Shown in pieces: positions 7,764 through 16,063 of a stretch of 64,000 bases of DNA. The first letter of the stretch is position 1, and each line of letters starts with the position of its first letter. Origin of the DNA: an uncultured virus (IMG/VR IMGVR_UViG_3300035181_003152) (Duplodnaviria; Heunggongvirae; Uroviricota; Caudoviricetes); the IMG/VR virus record IMGVR_UViG_3300035181_003152; one strand, written 5' to 3'. Below the pieces are notes generated by a model. The model worked only from the letters and a program-made list of their open reading frames with translations, searched no databases and had not been told where the DNA came from. The position numbers were made by a program, and so were the translations under genes.

Positions 7764-8767
7764 GACTTCGCTCCATGGGCCACAGCCCGCTCTTCCTCGA
7801 TCTGTTCCTCGACCTCACCGCGCTTGAAGAACCGCCGCGGGAAGCACGAGCGATCGACGCTCCGCCGCGTCTTCACCACCTCCAGAGCCTCCCCCGTTCG
7901 CTCTGCTTCGGCGGCGCAGAGCACCTCGAAGGTCTGCGTAAACGGGTCGATCTGCCAGGCGAGATCCGCGTCGTTCTGCCTGCGATTGAGCACGTAGTCG
8001 ATTGCCTTGTCGGCGGCGGACATCGGCTTTGCGACCGGCGCGACGACGACGGCCGGAGCATCGCTCTCCGCCAACATCAACCGCGCGCGGTTCATCCCCC
8101 GGCTCACCGCCGCCAGCCGACTATCCGAGTCGATGGCGGCCAGCAAAGCCCCCATGCACATCAGGTACTCCGCGCGCGGCATCCCGCTCTCCAGCCAGGC
8201 CCGCAGCCCGACGGCGTGCGTCTGCACAACGTCGCTCAGGCAATAGGCCTGCACCTCGGCCAGTCGCCCCGTGGCCACCATGGCGGCCACGTCGCCACCG
8301 GCCACGTCGAGCTTGCCCGGCATCCCGATGAGCCGCGCCTCCACGTCGAGCTGCGCGCGCCGCCCCGCGCCGAAGTCACTCAGCCAGTCCGCGACGTCAT
8401 AGTGGCCGACGGTACCGTACCGGAAAGCCACGGCCTTGCTGGTCCTGTAAGGGAATTGCAGCCCATGGCGCCGGCACCGCGCGGCCACCACCGGGAGATC
8501 GTAGCTGCGCCCGTTGAACGTAATGAGCTGCGGCCGGTGGAGCTCCACAGCGTGGACGAAGTTGGCCAGGATCTGCCGCTCCGTCGCGCCCTCGACGACG
8601 TCCAACGCCTGGACAGCGCCGGTGTTGCTATCGGTCTGCAAGACGCCGACGCAGACCACCTGCCAGTACGCCGGCGGGGCGAAGGGGTCGCGCCCCTCGC
8701 GCGGCGTGAACTGGCCCAGCTCGGGGTCCATGACAGCTTCAATATCGAAGGTGAGAGAGGTGCTCAC
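7760..8767 (-). CDS. 3'-5' exonuclease related to the PolB exonuclease domain (DEDD)
   Basis: TFDIEA (ExoI), LITFNGRSYDLP (ExoII), YCLSDV (ExoIII). Confidence 0.88.
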   Translation of the reverse strand: MSTSLTFDIEAVMDPELGQFTPREGRDPFAPPAYWQVVCVGVLQTDSNTGAVQALDVVEGATERQILANFVHAVELHRPQLITFNGRSYDLPVVAARCRRHGLQFPYRTSKAVAFRYGTVGHYDVADWLSDFGAGRRAQLDVEARLIGMPGKLDVAGGDVAAMVATGRLAEVQAYCLSDVVQTHAVGLRAWLESGMPRAEYLMCMGALLAAIDSDSRLAAVSRGMNRARLMLAESDAPAVVVAPVAKPMSAADKAIDYVLNRRQNDADLAWQIDPFTQTFEVLCAAEAERTGEALEVVKTRRSVDRSCFPRRFFKRGEVEEQIEEERAVAHGAKS

Positions 8768-10431
8768 GACGCCGCCACCATGTCCTCGAACACCTGCTCG
8801 CCGGCCGCCACGCGCGTTCCGAAGAGCTGGAACCCTTCGCGCGCGGCGTGCTCCTTGAACAGCTCGTACGCCTCCGGGTCCAAGGCCTCCAGGCCGTCGA
8901 TGACCAGCACTCGGCTCGTGGACGCGCGCGCCGCGATGTTGAAGGCCAACTTGAGCTTCTCCGCGCCGCAAAGCCGGTCGAGACTGACGCCGTCGAGGGT
9001 GATGTCGTCCTCGCCCACCACGAGCCCGGGGATACCCGCGCTCGCGGCGAAGAGCTCCACCGGCGCGTCGTCGGTGAGCCGCTTGACCACGACGCCGAGC
9101 GCTGTGGCCTCGGTGCGCGCGGTGGCGGCCAGCGCCTCCGCGGCGTCCACCTCGTCGCGAATGACGTTGAGCGCGATAGCCTCCTTGGCCCGGGCGAGAG
9201 CGGCCTTGGCGTTCTTGCCGTTGGCCTCGATGGCGGCGAGCTCCTGCGCGTCGACGCGTATCGGCGCCTCGCCCAAAGCCTCCTCCATGTCGTTGGCCTG
9301 CGCGAGTACGGTGGCGCGCTTCTCCACCGCGGCGGCAGCAGCGACGCGGCGGGCCTCGAGATCAGCCTCAGCGGCGCGCGCTTGCTCCACGGCGTCCAGG
9401 AGGCCGACTACGACGCTCTTCGCGTCGGCGAGCAGCCGCTCGAGCTCGCGGACGCGGTCGGCGCCCCGCGCGGCCGCGCCCCGCGCTTCCTCGCGCGCGC
9501 TCACCGCGGCGGCGATCTCGGCGTCCGTCGGCGCAACAGGGAGCGGGTTGGCCTCGAGGTCCACGCTGCCGCGCATCCCCGCGATCTTGAGCTGCATCGC
9601 CGACACCCTCTTGCCGAAGGCCTCCGCGGCGGCGTTGCCCTCGGTAGCGCGGCGCCACGCGTCCCGGGCCTGCTCGAGCGCGAGCTCCGCTGCAGCCACG
9701 GTGAGCGTGTCGCCCGGCCCCAGCGCCTGCACAGCGGCCAGGTGGCGCGCGCGTTGCCGGCTGGCATCGCCCTCGCGGGCCTCGCTGGTGGCATTCGCCG
9801 TCTTGCGGCGCTCGTAGACCGCCCTCCTCACCTTGGCCAGAATCTCCAGGCCGTGACCCGGGAGCTCGTCGTCGTCGCTCGCGATGGGCGCGTCGAGCGC
9901 GAGCAGCGTGGCGAGCCACGAGGACGTGATCGGCGTCTCGGCGCACCAGGCTTTGAGCGTGGCGGCGGTGAGCGGCGCGGGCACCGCGGCCAGGATCAGC
10001 GCGCGGCGCTTCTTGGCGTCCGTCTCCAGCCAGAGATCGAGCGGGTTGACCGGGCTCGCGCCGAGCAGCTCGTTGAGGAAGGTGCGCGGGGCTTTCTTCT
10101 CGAAGCCGTCGGGACTCGACACCGTGAGTCCGCCGCCCACCTTGCCGTTTTTCCCGCGGGTGATCGTCTGCGCGACGGTCACGTGGCCGAGATCAAGCAG
10201 GATCTCGGCCTTGTCCGCGGAGAGATGGATCGCCGACTGGTCGACGCCACGGCCGGTGAGCACCGTAGAGAGCGCCGTCGTGAAGGACGTCTTGCCGCTG
10301 CCGTTCTTGCCGGCGACAACGACGCCGCCCGGGGGCACTTCGCGGCTCAGATCGCGAATGCCCATGAAGCCGCGGATAGCGACGGAGAGGATCCGGACGG
10401 GGCCGAGCGTAGTGGACTTGGGAGTGGGCAT
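8764..10431 (-). CDS. SMC/Rad50/SbcC-like ABC ATPase with coiled coil
   Basis: Walker A GKNGSGKTS, long coiled coil, signature LCGAEK, Walker B VLVIDGLEALD. Confidence 0.88.
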   Translation of the reverse strand: MPTPKSTTLGPVRILSVAIRGFMGIRDLSREVPPGGVVVAGKNGSGKTSFTTALSTVLTGRGVDQSAIHLSADKAEILLDLGHVTVAQTITRGKNGKVGGGLTVSSPDGFEKKAPRTFLNELLGASPVNPLDLWLETDAKKRRALILAAVPAPLTAATLKAWCAETPITSSWLATLLALDAPIASDDDELPGHGLEILAKVRRAVYERRKTANATSEAREGDASRQRARHLAAVQALGPGDTLTVAAAELALEQARDAWRRATEGNAAAEAFGKRVSAMQLKIAGMRGSVDLEANPLPVAPTDAEIAAAVSAREEARGAAARGADRVRELERLLADAKSVVVGLLDAVEQARAAEADLEARRVAAAAAVEKRATVLAQANDMEEALGEAPIRVDAQELAAIEANGKNAKAALARAKEAIALNVIRDEVDAAEALAATARTEATALGVVVKRLTDDAPVELFAASAGIPGLVVGEDDITLDGVSLDRLCGAEKLKLAFNIAARASTSRVLVIDGLEALDPEAYELFKEHAAREGFQLFGTRVAAGEQVFEDMVAAS

Positions 10432-10436
10432 GGGAA

Positions 10437-11462
10437 TCAACCTTCCGATCCGGGTTCTGCGGCAACAACGGGGGCGGGCGCGCGATGGGCGTCGAGCGTG
10501 GCGAGAATCACGGCGTCCGTGATGTCGACGCGGTACTTCTCGCGCACGATGTCGAGGAAGGCGGACGACGTGAGGTCGAGGACACGTTTCCAGCCGATGG
10601 CGCGGACCTTGGGCCACGGTTTCGACTTCGCTATCAGCGCTTCCACCTTTGAAACGGTCTCAGCCACCTTGATCTGCTCCACAATGTCAGCCGCCGTGAA
10701 GGCGACCGGGTGTACGGGTGGGACCGGGGGCGGCGTGACCTCACCATCGGCGAGCCAAGCGCTCATGATGTCGGCGAGCTCGCGGCCAGGGAGTTTGAAG
10801 AACTTGCCCGTCAGATCTTCGCAGCGCGACTTGGTGATGGTGAGCTCGTTGTCGATCGCCATGTCGCCGATGATGTCGAATTCGTACTCGATGCCGTCGC
10901 GCTGCATGGCCGCGAGGCCAAGCTTGTTGACGACCTTCTTGCCGTTCTTGTCGGTCGTCTGCTCGTGGGCCATCTTCGCGCGCATTGTCGCGATGATGTG
11001 CATTGAAGAGCCCATGATCGCGTCGATGACGGCGTTGTGTCGGGGGGTGACAGAGCCCCAGGCGACGAACGTGTTCCCGTTCTTCGCGGCCCGGTCGACC
11101 TGCTCCAGGGCGCCGCCAGTGCCGATCCATTCGTGCGAGAGCGAGTCGATGATCAGCCCCTCGAACCCAGCGCGCTCGGCGGCGCGGATCGCGGCCACGA
11201 ACATCTCGGGCTCGAAGCTCGTGGGCCGGTTGTGGAAGAAGTGGAACGGGCGGCCCTTGGCGTACCTGGACGCGCTCCCGCGCTCGGTATCGAGCACGGC
11301 AATCCGCCGCGCCATCTTCGGGTCGCGCAGCTCCCCGCCGAGCAGGTACGTCATCAGCGCCAGCGCGGTGTACGTCTTGCCGCCGCCGGTGACGCCAGTA
11401 AGCGCCAAGCGCAGCTTCAACTGCTCACGCGTGGCCTCGGTAAATACGATCTCGTGAGCCAT
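10437..11462 (-). CDS. Sak4-like (AAA_24) phage recombinase/ATPase
   Basis: LRLALTGVTGGGKTYTAL, DTERGSASRY, IIDSLSHEW, QRDGIEYEFD; GGAG RBS upstream. Confidence 0.88.
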   Translation of the reverse strand: MAHEIVFTEATREQLKLRLALTGVTGGGKTYTALALMTYLLGGELRDPKMARRIAVLDTERGSASRYAKGRPFHFFHNRPTSFEPEMFVAAIRAAERAGFEGLIIDSLSHEWIGTGGALEQVDRAAKNGNTFVAWGSVTPRHNAVIDAIMGSSMHIIATMRAKMAHEQTTDKNGKKVVNKLGLAAMQRDGIEYEFDIIGDMAIDNELTITKSRCEDLTGKFFKLPGRELADIMSAWLADGEVTPPPVPPVHPVAFTAADIVEQIKVAETVSKVEALIAKSKPWPKVRAIGWKRVLDLTSSAFLDIVREKYRVDITDAVILATLDAHRAPAPVVAAEPGSEG

Positions 11463-11556
11463 TGAAGTGCTCCTGGTCTCCAAAACCTCCCGGGAGCGGC
11501 GCCAGCACATCTGGACACCATCCCCCGGGAGTGCAAACTGCGGATTTGTTCGCGCC

Positions 11557-11592
11557 AGAAAAGCCCCGGCCCCTTGCGTGGTGCGGAGCTTT
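11557..11592 (-). terminator. Possible intrinsic terminator/attenuator upstream of the recombination genes
   Basis: Minus strand AAAGCTCCG...CGGGGCTTTT stem ending in a short U-run. Confidence 0.35.
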
Positions 11593-11610
11593 GCCGGCGG
11601 TGAGCGAGAG

Positions 11611-11811
11611 TCAGGCGGCGAACCCAGCGCGATAAGCGGCCACGACGGCCCGCTCGAATTCCGCCGCGCTGACATGGTGCGCCGTGGTCACTACGGCCAC
11701 GCTCTCCACGTCAATTACGGTGCCGTCGTCGAGCTCCACCGCGGTGCCGTTGACGGCGACCACGCGAGCGAGCCGACCATCGATAGCCACCTGCGTGCCT
11801 GCGGCGATCAC
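11611..11811 (-). CDS. Small hypothetical protein (SH3-like beta pattern)
   Basis: GTGA-coupled start. Confidence 0.6.
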   Translation of the reverse strand: MIAAGTQVAIDGRLARVVAVNGTAVELDDGTVIDVESVAVVTTAHHVSAAEFERAVVAAYRAGFAA

Positions 11812-12158
11812 AGCGCCACCTCGGCGCAGGGCGCGGCGAGGAGGGCGTGAACCTCGGCGATCGCGTCCCGCGCGGCGGTCTCGCCGGCCAAGCAGACGAA
11901 CGCCCACGCGGCGCCAAAAGCAGTGTAGTCGGGCGCGAACTCCGTCTGATAGTCGACGAAGCCGTGGACCTCATAGGCGGCTTTCCACTGCTCCGAGAAC
12001 ACGCAGACCTCGCCCGCGCAGTCGAGGACGGCGAAGCGCTCGCCTTGGGGATCGGCGGCCAGGCGATAGGGGCCCACGGTGAACTCCGGCGCGAGCAGCA
12101 CGGCGCCGCGGCAAAGCGCGACGGCCACGGTGGCGATGGTGGCGTATAGGGGATTCAC
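11808..12158 (-). CDS. Hypothetical protein
   Basis: GTGA-coupled; GGAGG RBS. Confidence 0.65.
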   Translation of the reverse strand: MNPLYATIATVAVALCRGAVLLAPEFTVGPYRLAADPQGERFAVLDCAGEVCVFSEQWKAAYEVHGFVDYQTEFAPDYTAFGAAWAFVCLAGETAARDAIAEVHALLAAPCAEVAL

Positions 12159-12301
12159 GCGACCTCCTTGGCTTGCTCGCTGGCCTCGTCGACGTACAGC
12201 TCCGGCATGCACACCGGGCACTGGCACGTGGCCGGGTGCCCAACGTCGTTGGCGGCGTCGTCCTGCGCGGGCGCAGAGGTGGTGTCGGCGAAGGACATCA
12301 T
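12155..12301 (-). CDS. Small protein with HxxxCxCxxC motif
   Basis: ATGA-coupled; GGAGAGG upstream. Confidence 0.55.
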   Translation of the reverse strand: MMSFADTTSAPAQDDAANDVGHPATCQCPVCMPELYVDEASEQAKEVA

Positions 12302-12714
12302 TTCGACACTGCCTCTCCAGCGCGCAGTCCGGTGCCCTTGCAAGACGCGCAGGTCTTGTACAGAGGCCCTTCGCACAGGGCGCAATAGCCCTCGATGGCG
12401 TCGCCATCTTCGCAGTCGGGGCATTCCTTGTCCAAGGTGGCAGCGATAGCGAGCGTGGCGTCTGTCCGCGCTGCGGCGCGCTCCCCCTTATTGGTGACTG
12501 CGTACCGGGCGGCCCCGGCGCAGAACTGGAGGTCTCCGCCCCGCTTGCCCGCCTTGACGGCCTTCCGGACCTCCGAGAGGAGGCCCAAGATATCGGCCGC
12601 GTCGATGGCGCGGATCTCGATTGTGAGCACCTCGGCGCCGTCATCGCGGCCCGCGGCGTCGCCGCACGACGTGGCGATTTGCCGGATCGAGAGCTTGGGA
12701 GTGGAGGTGATCAC
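12298..12714 (-). CDS. Hypothetical protein with DnaJ-type zinc-finger motifs
   Basis: CPDCEDG, CALCEG, CASCKGTG. Confidence 0.65.
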   Translation of the reverse strand: MITSTPKLSIRQIATSCGDAAGRDDGAEVLTIEIRAIDAADILGLLSEVRKAVKAGKRGGDLQFCAGAARYAVTNKGERAAARTDATLAIAATLDKECPDCEDGDAIEGYCALCEGPLYKTCASCKGTGLRAGEAVSK

Positions 12715-13097
12715 GACGGATCTCCCGTGGTCAGAGCCGCCGCGCAAATCACCTGTGCCGCCGCTACCCCCCCCTCGCGCTTGCCGGTGCACTCTACACA
12801 GGGGCAGTCGCTCCGCGCGAGCAGGCGACCGTGCGCCACGGCGTCGTTCACGCCCGCCCGACCGTGTGCGTTCGTCGCGTTGTGGAAGATGACGGAGATG
12901 AAGTGGCCGAGCGCGGACGCCCCGCCATTGGCCATCTCCATGCACGTCGCCAGCGTTTCGACCGTGGCAAGGGCGTCGAGCTCGGCGTCCGGTCCGCGGT
13001 TGTTGGCCGCGAGCCACGCCGCCACGGCGATCGCCGCAGCGCGGTACTCCGCGGTGGCCGCGACGAGGCGAGCGAGCTCGATAGCGAAGTCGCTCAC
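12711..13097 (-). CDS. Hypothetical protein
   Basis: GTGA-coupled; GAGG RBS. Confidence 0.6.
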   Translation of the reverse strand: MSDFAIELARLVAATAEYRAAAIAVAAWLAANNRGPDAELDALATVETLATCMEMANGGASALGHFISVIFHNATNAHGRAGVNDAVAHGRLLARSDCPCVECTGKREGGVAAAQVICAAALTTGDPS

Positions 13098-13264
13098 AAG
13101 GCACCTCGCGTGGTGGCCAGCCGCGCCGCGCGCTCGGCCTCGAACTGCGCGCAGTGCGCCATCACGAAAGCGTGCAGCTCGTCGGTCGACATGCCATCGG
13201 GGTCGTAGTCGTCCTCGCGGTGGTCGCCCTTGTCGCCCTGGCGCGGCATGTCGCGGCGGCTCAC
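13094..13264 (-). CDS. Small hypothetical protein
   Basis: GTGA-coupled at both ends. Confidence 0.55.
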   Translation of the reverse strand: MSRRDMPRQGDKGDHREDDYDPDGMSTDELHAFVMAHCAQFEAERAARLATTRGAL

Positions 13265-13638
13265 CGCGACACCTTGAGCGCCGCAGCCAGCTGGCCCACA
13301 AGCTCGTCGGGCACCTGCGTCCAGCGCGCCGCCGACGCCCGGCACAGGTCTTTGCAGAGCTGCTGGCGCGCCACGGCTTGGAGGTGCGCCACGGTGGCCT
13401 TCTCCACCACGCCGCCGTCGAACCGGCCCTGAGCGTCGGTGTCGAACGACGAGCCGTTGGTGAGCCAGACCGTGAGGCCGGCGGTGTATTTCACCTCGTG
13501 CAGGAGCGTGACGTCGCCGTCGAAGGTGACGGCGACCTGGTCGCCGGCCGCGAAGATCGAGGCGGGCGCCGCGGCCAGGGCCGCGAGCAAAGCAGGGTTA
13601 CGCGCGGCCTTGTGGCCAGCGAGGGTCGTGGGGCGCAT
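13261..13638 (-). CDS. Hypothetical protein, first gene of the leftward early operon
   Basis: GGAGG RBS; lies downstream of the leftward promoter. Confidence 0.7.
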   Translation of the reverse strand: MRPTTLAGHKAARNPALLAALAAAPASIFAAGDQVAVTFDGDVTLLHEVKYTAGLTVWLTNGSSFDTDAQGRFDGGVVEKATVAHLQAVARQQLCKDLCRASAARWTQVPDELVGQLAAALKVSR

Positions 13639-13686
13639 GGGGTCCTCCGGCCCGCCGGCTGAGACAGCGCGGCGGGGACAGAGGGG

Positions 13687-13714
13687 ATACTACAACGCGC
13701 GTTGTAATAATCAA
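13687..13714 (-). promoter_or_regulatory. Leftward early promoter (pL-like) with palindromic operator
   Basis: TTGATT-16-TAGTAT overlapping the perfect palindrome TACAACGCGCGTTGTA (13691-13706). Confidence 0.75.
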
Positions 13715-13756
13715 GCGCTCGTTTATGTTCGCTCGGTCGATTTTCCGATCGGTGGG

Positions 13757-14134
13757 CTACGTCGGAGCGACGAGGAGAAGCAGCGCCGCCGCGAGCGGTT
13801 CGATGTCCTCGAACGTGAACGCCGTGAAGAGGTCGGCAAGGATCGCCGCCGCCACGCCGAGGCCGATGATGCGCTGGCGCTCGATCGGACTGGTCGCGTT
13901 GTCGAAGTAGACGACGCCGCGGCACACCGCGACGCCGCCAGGGACACTCTCCGTCGGCTCGAGGACCACGCCGACTAGGTCCGCCAGGTCGCGGATGCTG
14001 CGCCACGGTCCGAGGTGCGAACGGAGAGCGGCTACCAGCCGCAGACGGGCACCCGAGTCGAGACGCGGGCCCAAATCGGGCAACGCGACAGGCTGCCGGC
14101 CGGCCGGCGTCTGTCCATCTGCATCTGCACTCAT
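13757..14134 (-). CDS. Degenerate ImmA/IrrE-like protein lacking HExxH
   Basis: IRDLADLVGV...YFDNATSPIERQRIIGLGVAAAIL...EPLAAALL follows the IrrE_N/ImmA pattern; AAGGAGG RBS. Confidence 0.5.
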   Translation of the reverse strand: MSADADGQTPAGRQPVALPDLGPRLDSGARLRLVAALRSHLGPWRSIRDLADLVGVVLEPTESVPGGVAVCRGVVYFDNATSPIERQRIIGLGVAAAILADLFTAFTFEDIEPLAAALLLLVAPT

Positions 14135-14313
14135 TAGGGGTTGCCCTCCTTGCTTCTTGCGTTCTTGAACGTCCGAAGCGGAGGACTGTAAGGTAAACCC
14201 TGAGTTCACGGTAAGATTTGGCCGTACTCCTGTCCCCTTTCTACGTCCGACCGCTGAGCGCGCTCCGATATGTCGGAGCGCGGCACACAGGAAGTTACGT
14301 AGCGTCCGCCGCG

Positions 14314-14628
14314 GTGGACGTCCTTCATCGTCGGCTGGTGAAGCGAATCCGCTCTCTTGCGCTTGAGCAAGACCTCGCGCTGAACCACCTCGCCGACCGC
14401 GCGGCGGTCACGCGCAGCTACCTCTTCCGCGTCCTCGCTGGGACCAGCTCGCCAACGACGGCGTGGATCTCAAAGGTGGCGCGGGTGCTCGAGGTGGACC
14501 CTGGTGACCTGGTAGAGAAGCCGCGGGCGCGGAGAGCTACCGCTTCGCTTGCGCCGACGAAGGCCCGCGCTCTTCGACGTCCGAACGCGCGCGGCTCGTC
14601 GACGCTGGCGCCTTCTTCGAAGCCCTGA
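14314..14628 (+). CDS. XRE-family HTH regulator
   Basis: RIRSLALEQDLALNHLADRAAVTRSYLFRVLAGTSSPTTAWISKVARVLEVDPGDL. Confidence 0.85.
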   Translation: MDVLHRRLVKRIRSLALEQDLALNHLADRAAVTRSYLFRVLAGTSSPTTAWISKVARVLEVDPGDLVEKPRARRATASLAPTKARALRRPNARGSSTLAPSSKP

Positions 14629-15055
14629 AGTACATCCCGGCGAGCGCCGCGATCGAGATCGGATCGAGCACGTCGCCGCCTCCGCCGGCGGGGATGGTGT
14701 CGCCCGCCATCTCAAAAAACTCGCGCGGGATTTCTTCGTGGTCCGCGATCGCTCTGTCGCGCGCCGCTGCCCAGCCAGCGCGCGTGCGCAGCATCGGGTG
14801 CCCCTCCGCGGGCGACGGGACAACGCCCCACTTCTTCGCCAGCTCCTCAAAGGAGAAGCCAACGTGGGCGAGCAAAGCCGCGGCGACAGCAGGCCCGACG
14901 TCGCCGCGCACCACCACCTTCGAGATCGCCGCCTGTGAGATCCCAAGCTTCTCCGCGAGCGCGCTTTGTCCCCCGCGCGCACGCGTCAGCTCCGCAAGCT
15001 CGCGCTTCACGGCCTCGCGCTGCCACTCCGGCAGCATCGCTCGATCTTGAGCCAT
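14537..15055 (-). CDS. CI-like XRE repressor (no S24 peptidase domain seen)
   Basis: GQSALAEKLGISQAAISKV HTH; divergent from the Cro-like gene. Confidence 0.75.
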   Translation of the reverse strand: MAQDRAMLPEWQREAVKRELAELTRARGGQSALAEKLGISQAAISKVVVRGDVGPAVAAALLAHVGFSFEELAKKWGVVPSPAEGHPMLRTRAGWAAARDRAIADHEEIPREFFEMAGDTIPAGGGGDVLDPISIAALAGMYFRASKKAPASTSRARSDVEERGPSSAQAKR

Positions 15056-15061
15056 AAGATG

Positions 15062-15091
15062 ACCCTACCCGGCAGGAACACGGCGTCGCAA
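15062..15091 (-). promoter_or_regulatory. pRM-like promoter, leaderless repressor transcript
   Basis: TTGCGA-18-TAGGGT, 6 nt before the ATG at 15055. Confidence 0.5.
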
Positions 15092-15098
15092 TAGACGC

Positions 15099-15126
15099 TT
15101 GACAACAACAACGACAGTTGTAATAG
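15099..15126 (+). promoter_or_regulatory. Rightward promoter (pR-like) with operator
   Basis: TTGACA-16-TAATAG containing ACAAC-GACA-GTTGT (15108-15121), the same motif as the pL operator. Confidence 0.75.
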
Positions 15127-15133
15127 TTCGCGG

Positions 15134-15388
15134 GTGAGCACCACCCGTTCCTCCCAGGCTCTAAAGAGGCTCGTGACGCCCCCCGTCACGCAGGCGGATA
15201 TCGCCAGGTCCCTCGGCGTCACGGCTCAAGCCGTCTCGCAGTGGGTCAATGGCAAGGTTCCGCCTGCGCTCGAGCACGCGGCCGCGATCGAGCGGCTCCA
15301 CGGCATTCCGATGCTGGGCTGGACGCAGCCGGCCGAAGCCGAGCAGGCGACCGAGGCAGAGCAGCCTGTGTCCGGCGCAGCGGCGTAG
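15134..15388 (+). CDS. Cro-like HTH protein
   Basis: TQADIARSLGVTAQAVSQWVNGKVPPALEHAAAIERL. Confidence 0.88.
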   Translation: MSTTRSSQALKRLVTPPVTQADIARSLGVTAQAVSQWVNGKVPPALEHAAAIERLHGIPMLGWTQPAEAEQATEAEQPVSGAAA

Positions 15389-15391
15389 GCC

Positions 15392-15976
15392 ATGACTAGC
15401 ATCGTCTACTTCATCCAGGCTGTCGTCGGCGGCCCGATCAAGATTGGCCGCACGACTGCGCTGCTCAAGCGCCTCGCGCAACTTCAAGAGGGGTGTCCAT
15501 TCACCCTCAACGTGCTCTGCACAATGCCGGGTGAGGCCGCTGCGGAGCGCGCGCTCCACGTCCGATTCCGCGCTGACGTGATCGGTGGGGAGTGGTTTGC
15601 TCCGTCCGCCGATATCATCGCTTTCGTCGAATCGCTCGGCGGCGTGGTGTTCGCGGCGCGATCTTGGGAATGCGGCACCGACACCAGGCGACCCAAGGCT
15701 GAGCGGACCCCGCACCGTCGTCCGAATCTGGGCCCGAAGTTCTCCGAGGGCGCGCGCCAGATGTGGCTCAAGATGAAGGAACTCGGTTGGAGTCGCGCGC
15801 AGACCAGTGCCGAGATCGGCGCCAAGAGCGGCACACTCCACTCGATCCTCTATGGCGACGTCGGTGTCGGTCGCACGATGGGTGTCGCGCTCGAGCAAAA
15901 GCTGGGCGTCGCGATGCACCTTTGGGACTTGCCGCCAGCGGTACCGTTCTCGCCGCCGGCTCTTTCCGCCGCCTAG
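15392..15976 (+). CDS. GIY-YIG-like (T5orf172/MUG113) domain fused to a C-terminal XRE HTH
   Basis: VYFIQ...PIKIGRT...RLAQLQ...ERALHVRF...GEWF; then LGWSRAQTSAEIGAKSGTLHSILYG. Confidence 0.85.
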   Translation: MTSIVYFIQAVVGGPIKIGRTTALLKRLAQLQEGCPFTLNVLCTMPGEAAAERALHVRFRADVIGGEWFAPSADIIAFVESLGGVVFAARSWECGTDTRRPKAERTPHRRPNLGPKFSEGARQMWLKMKELGWSRAQTSAEIGAKSGTLHSILYGDVGVGRTMGVALEQKLGVAMHLWDLPPAVPFSPPALSAA

Positions 15977-16063
15977 CCCTCTCGTCTCCGTCCGCTCTCC
16001 CACCCTCGCCGCCTTGTGCGCTGGCGACTGTGGCCGCTCACGCCCTTTTGCCAGGAGATTGCC

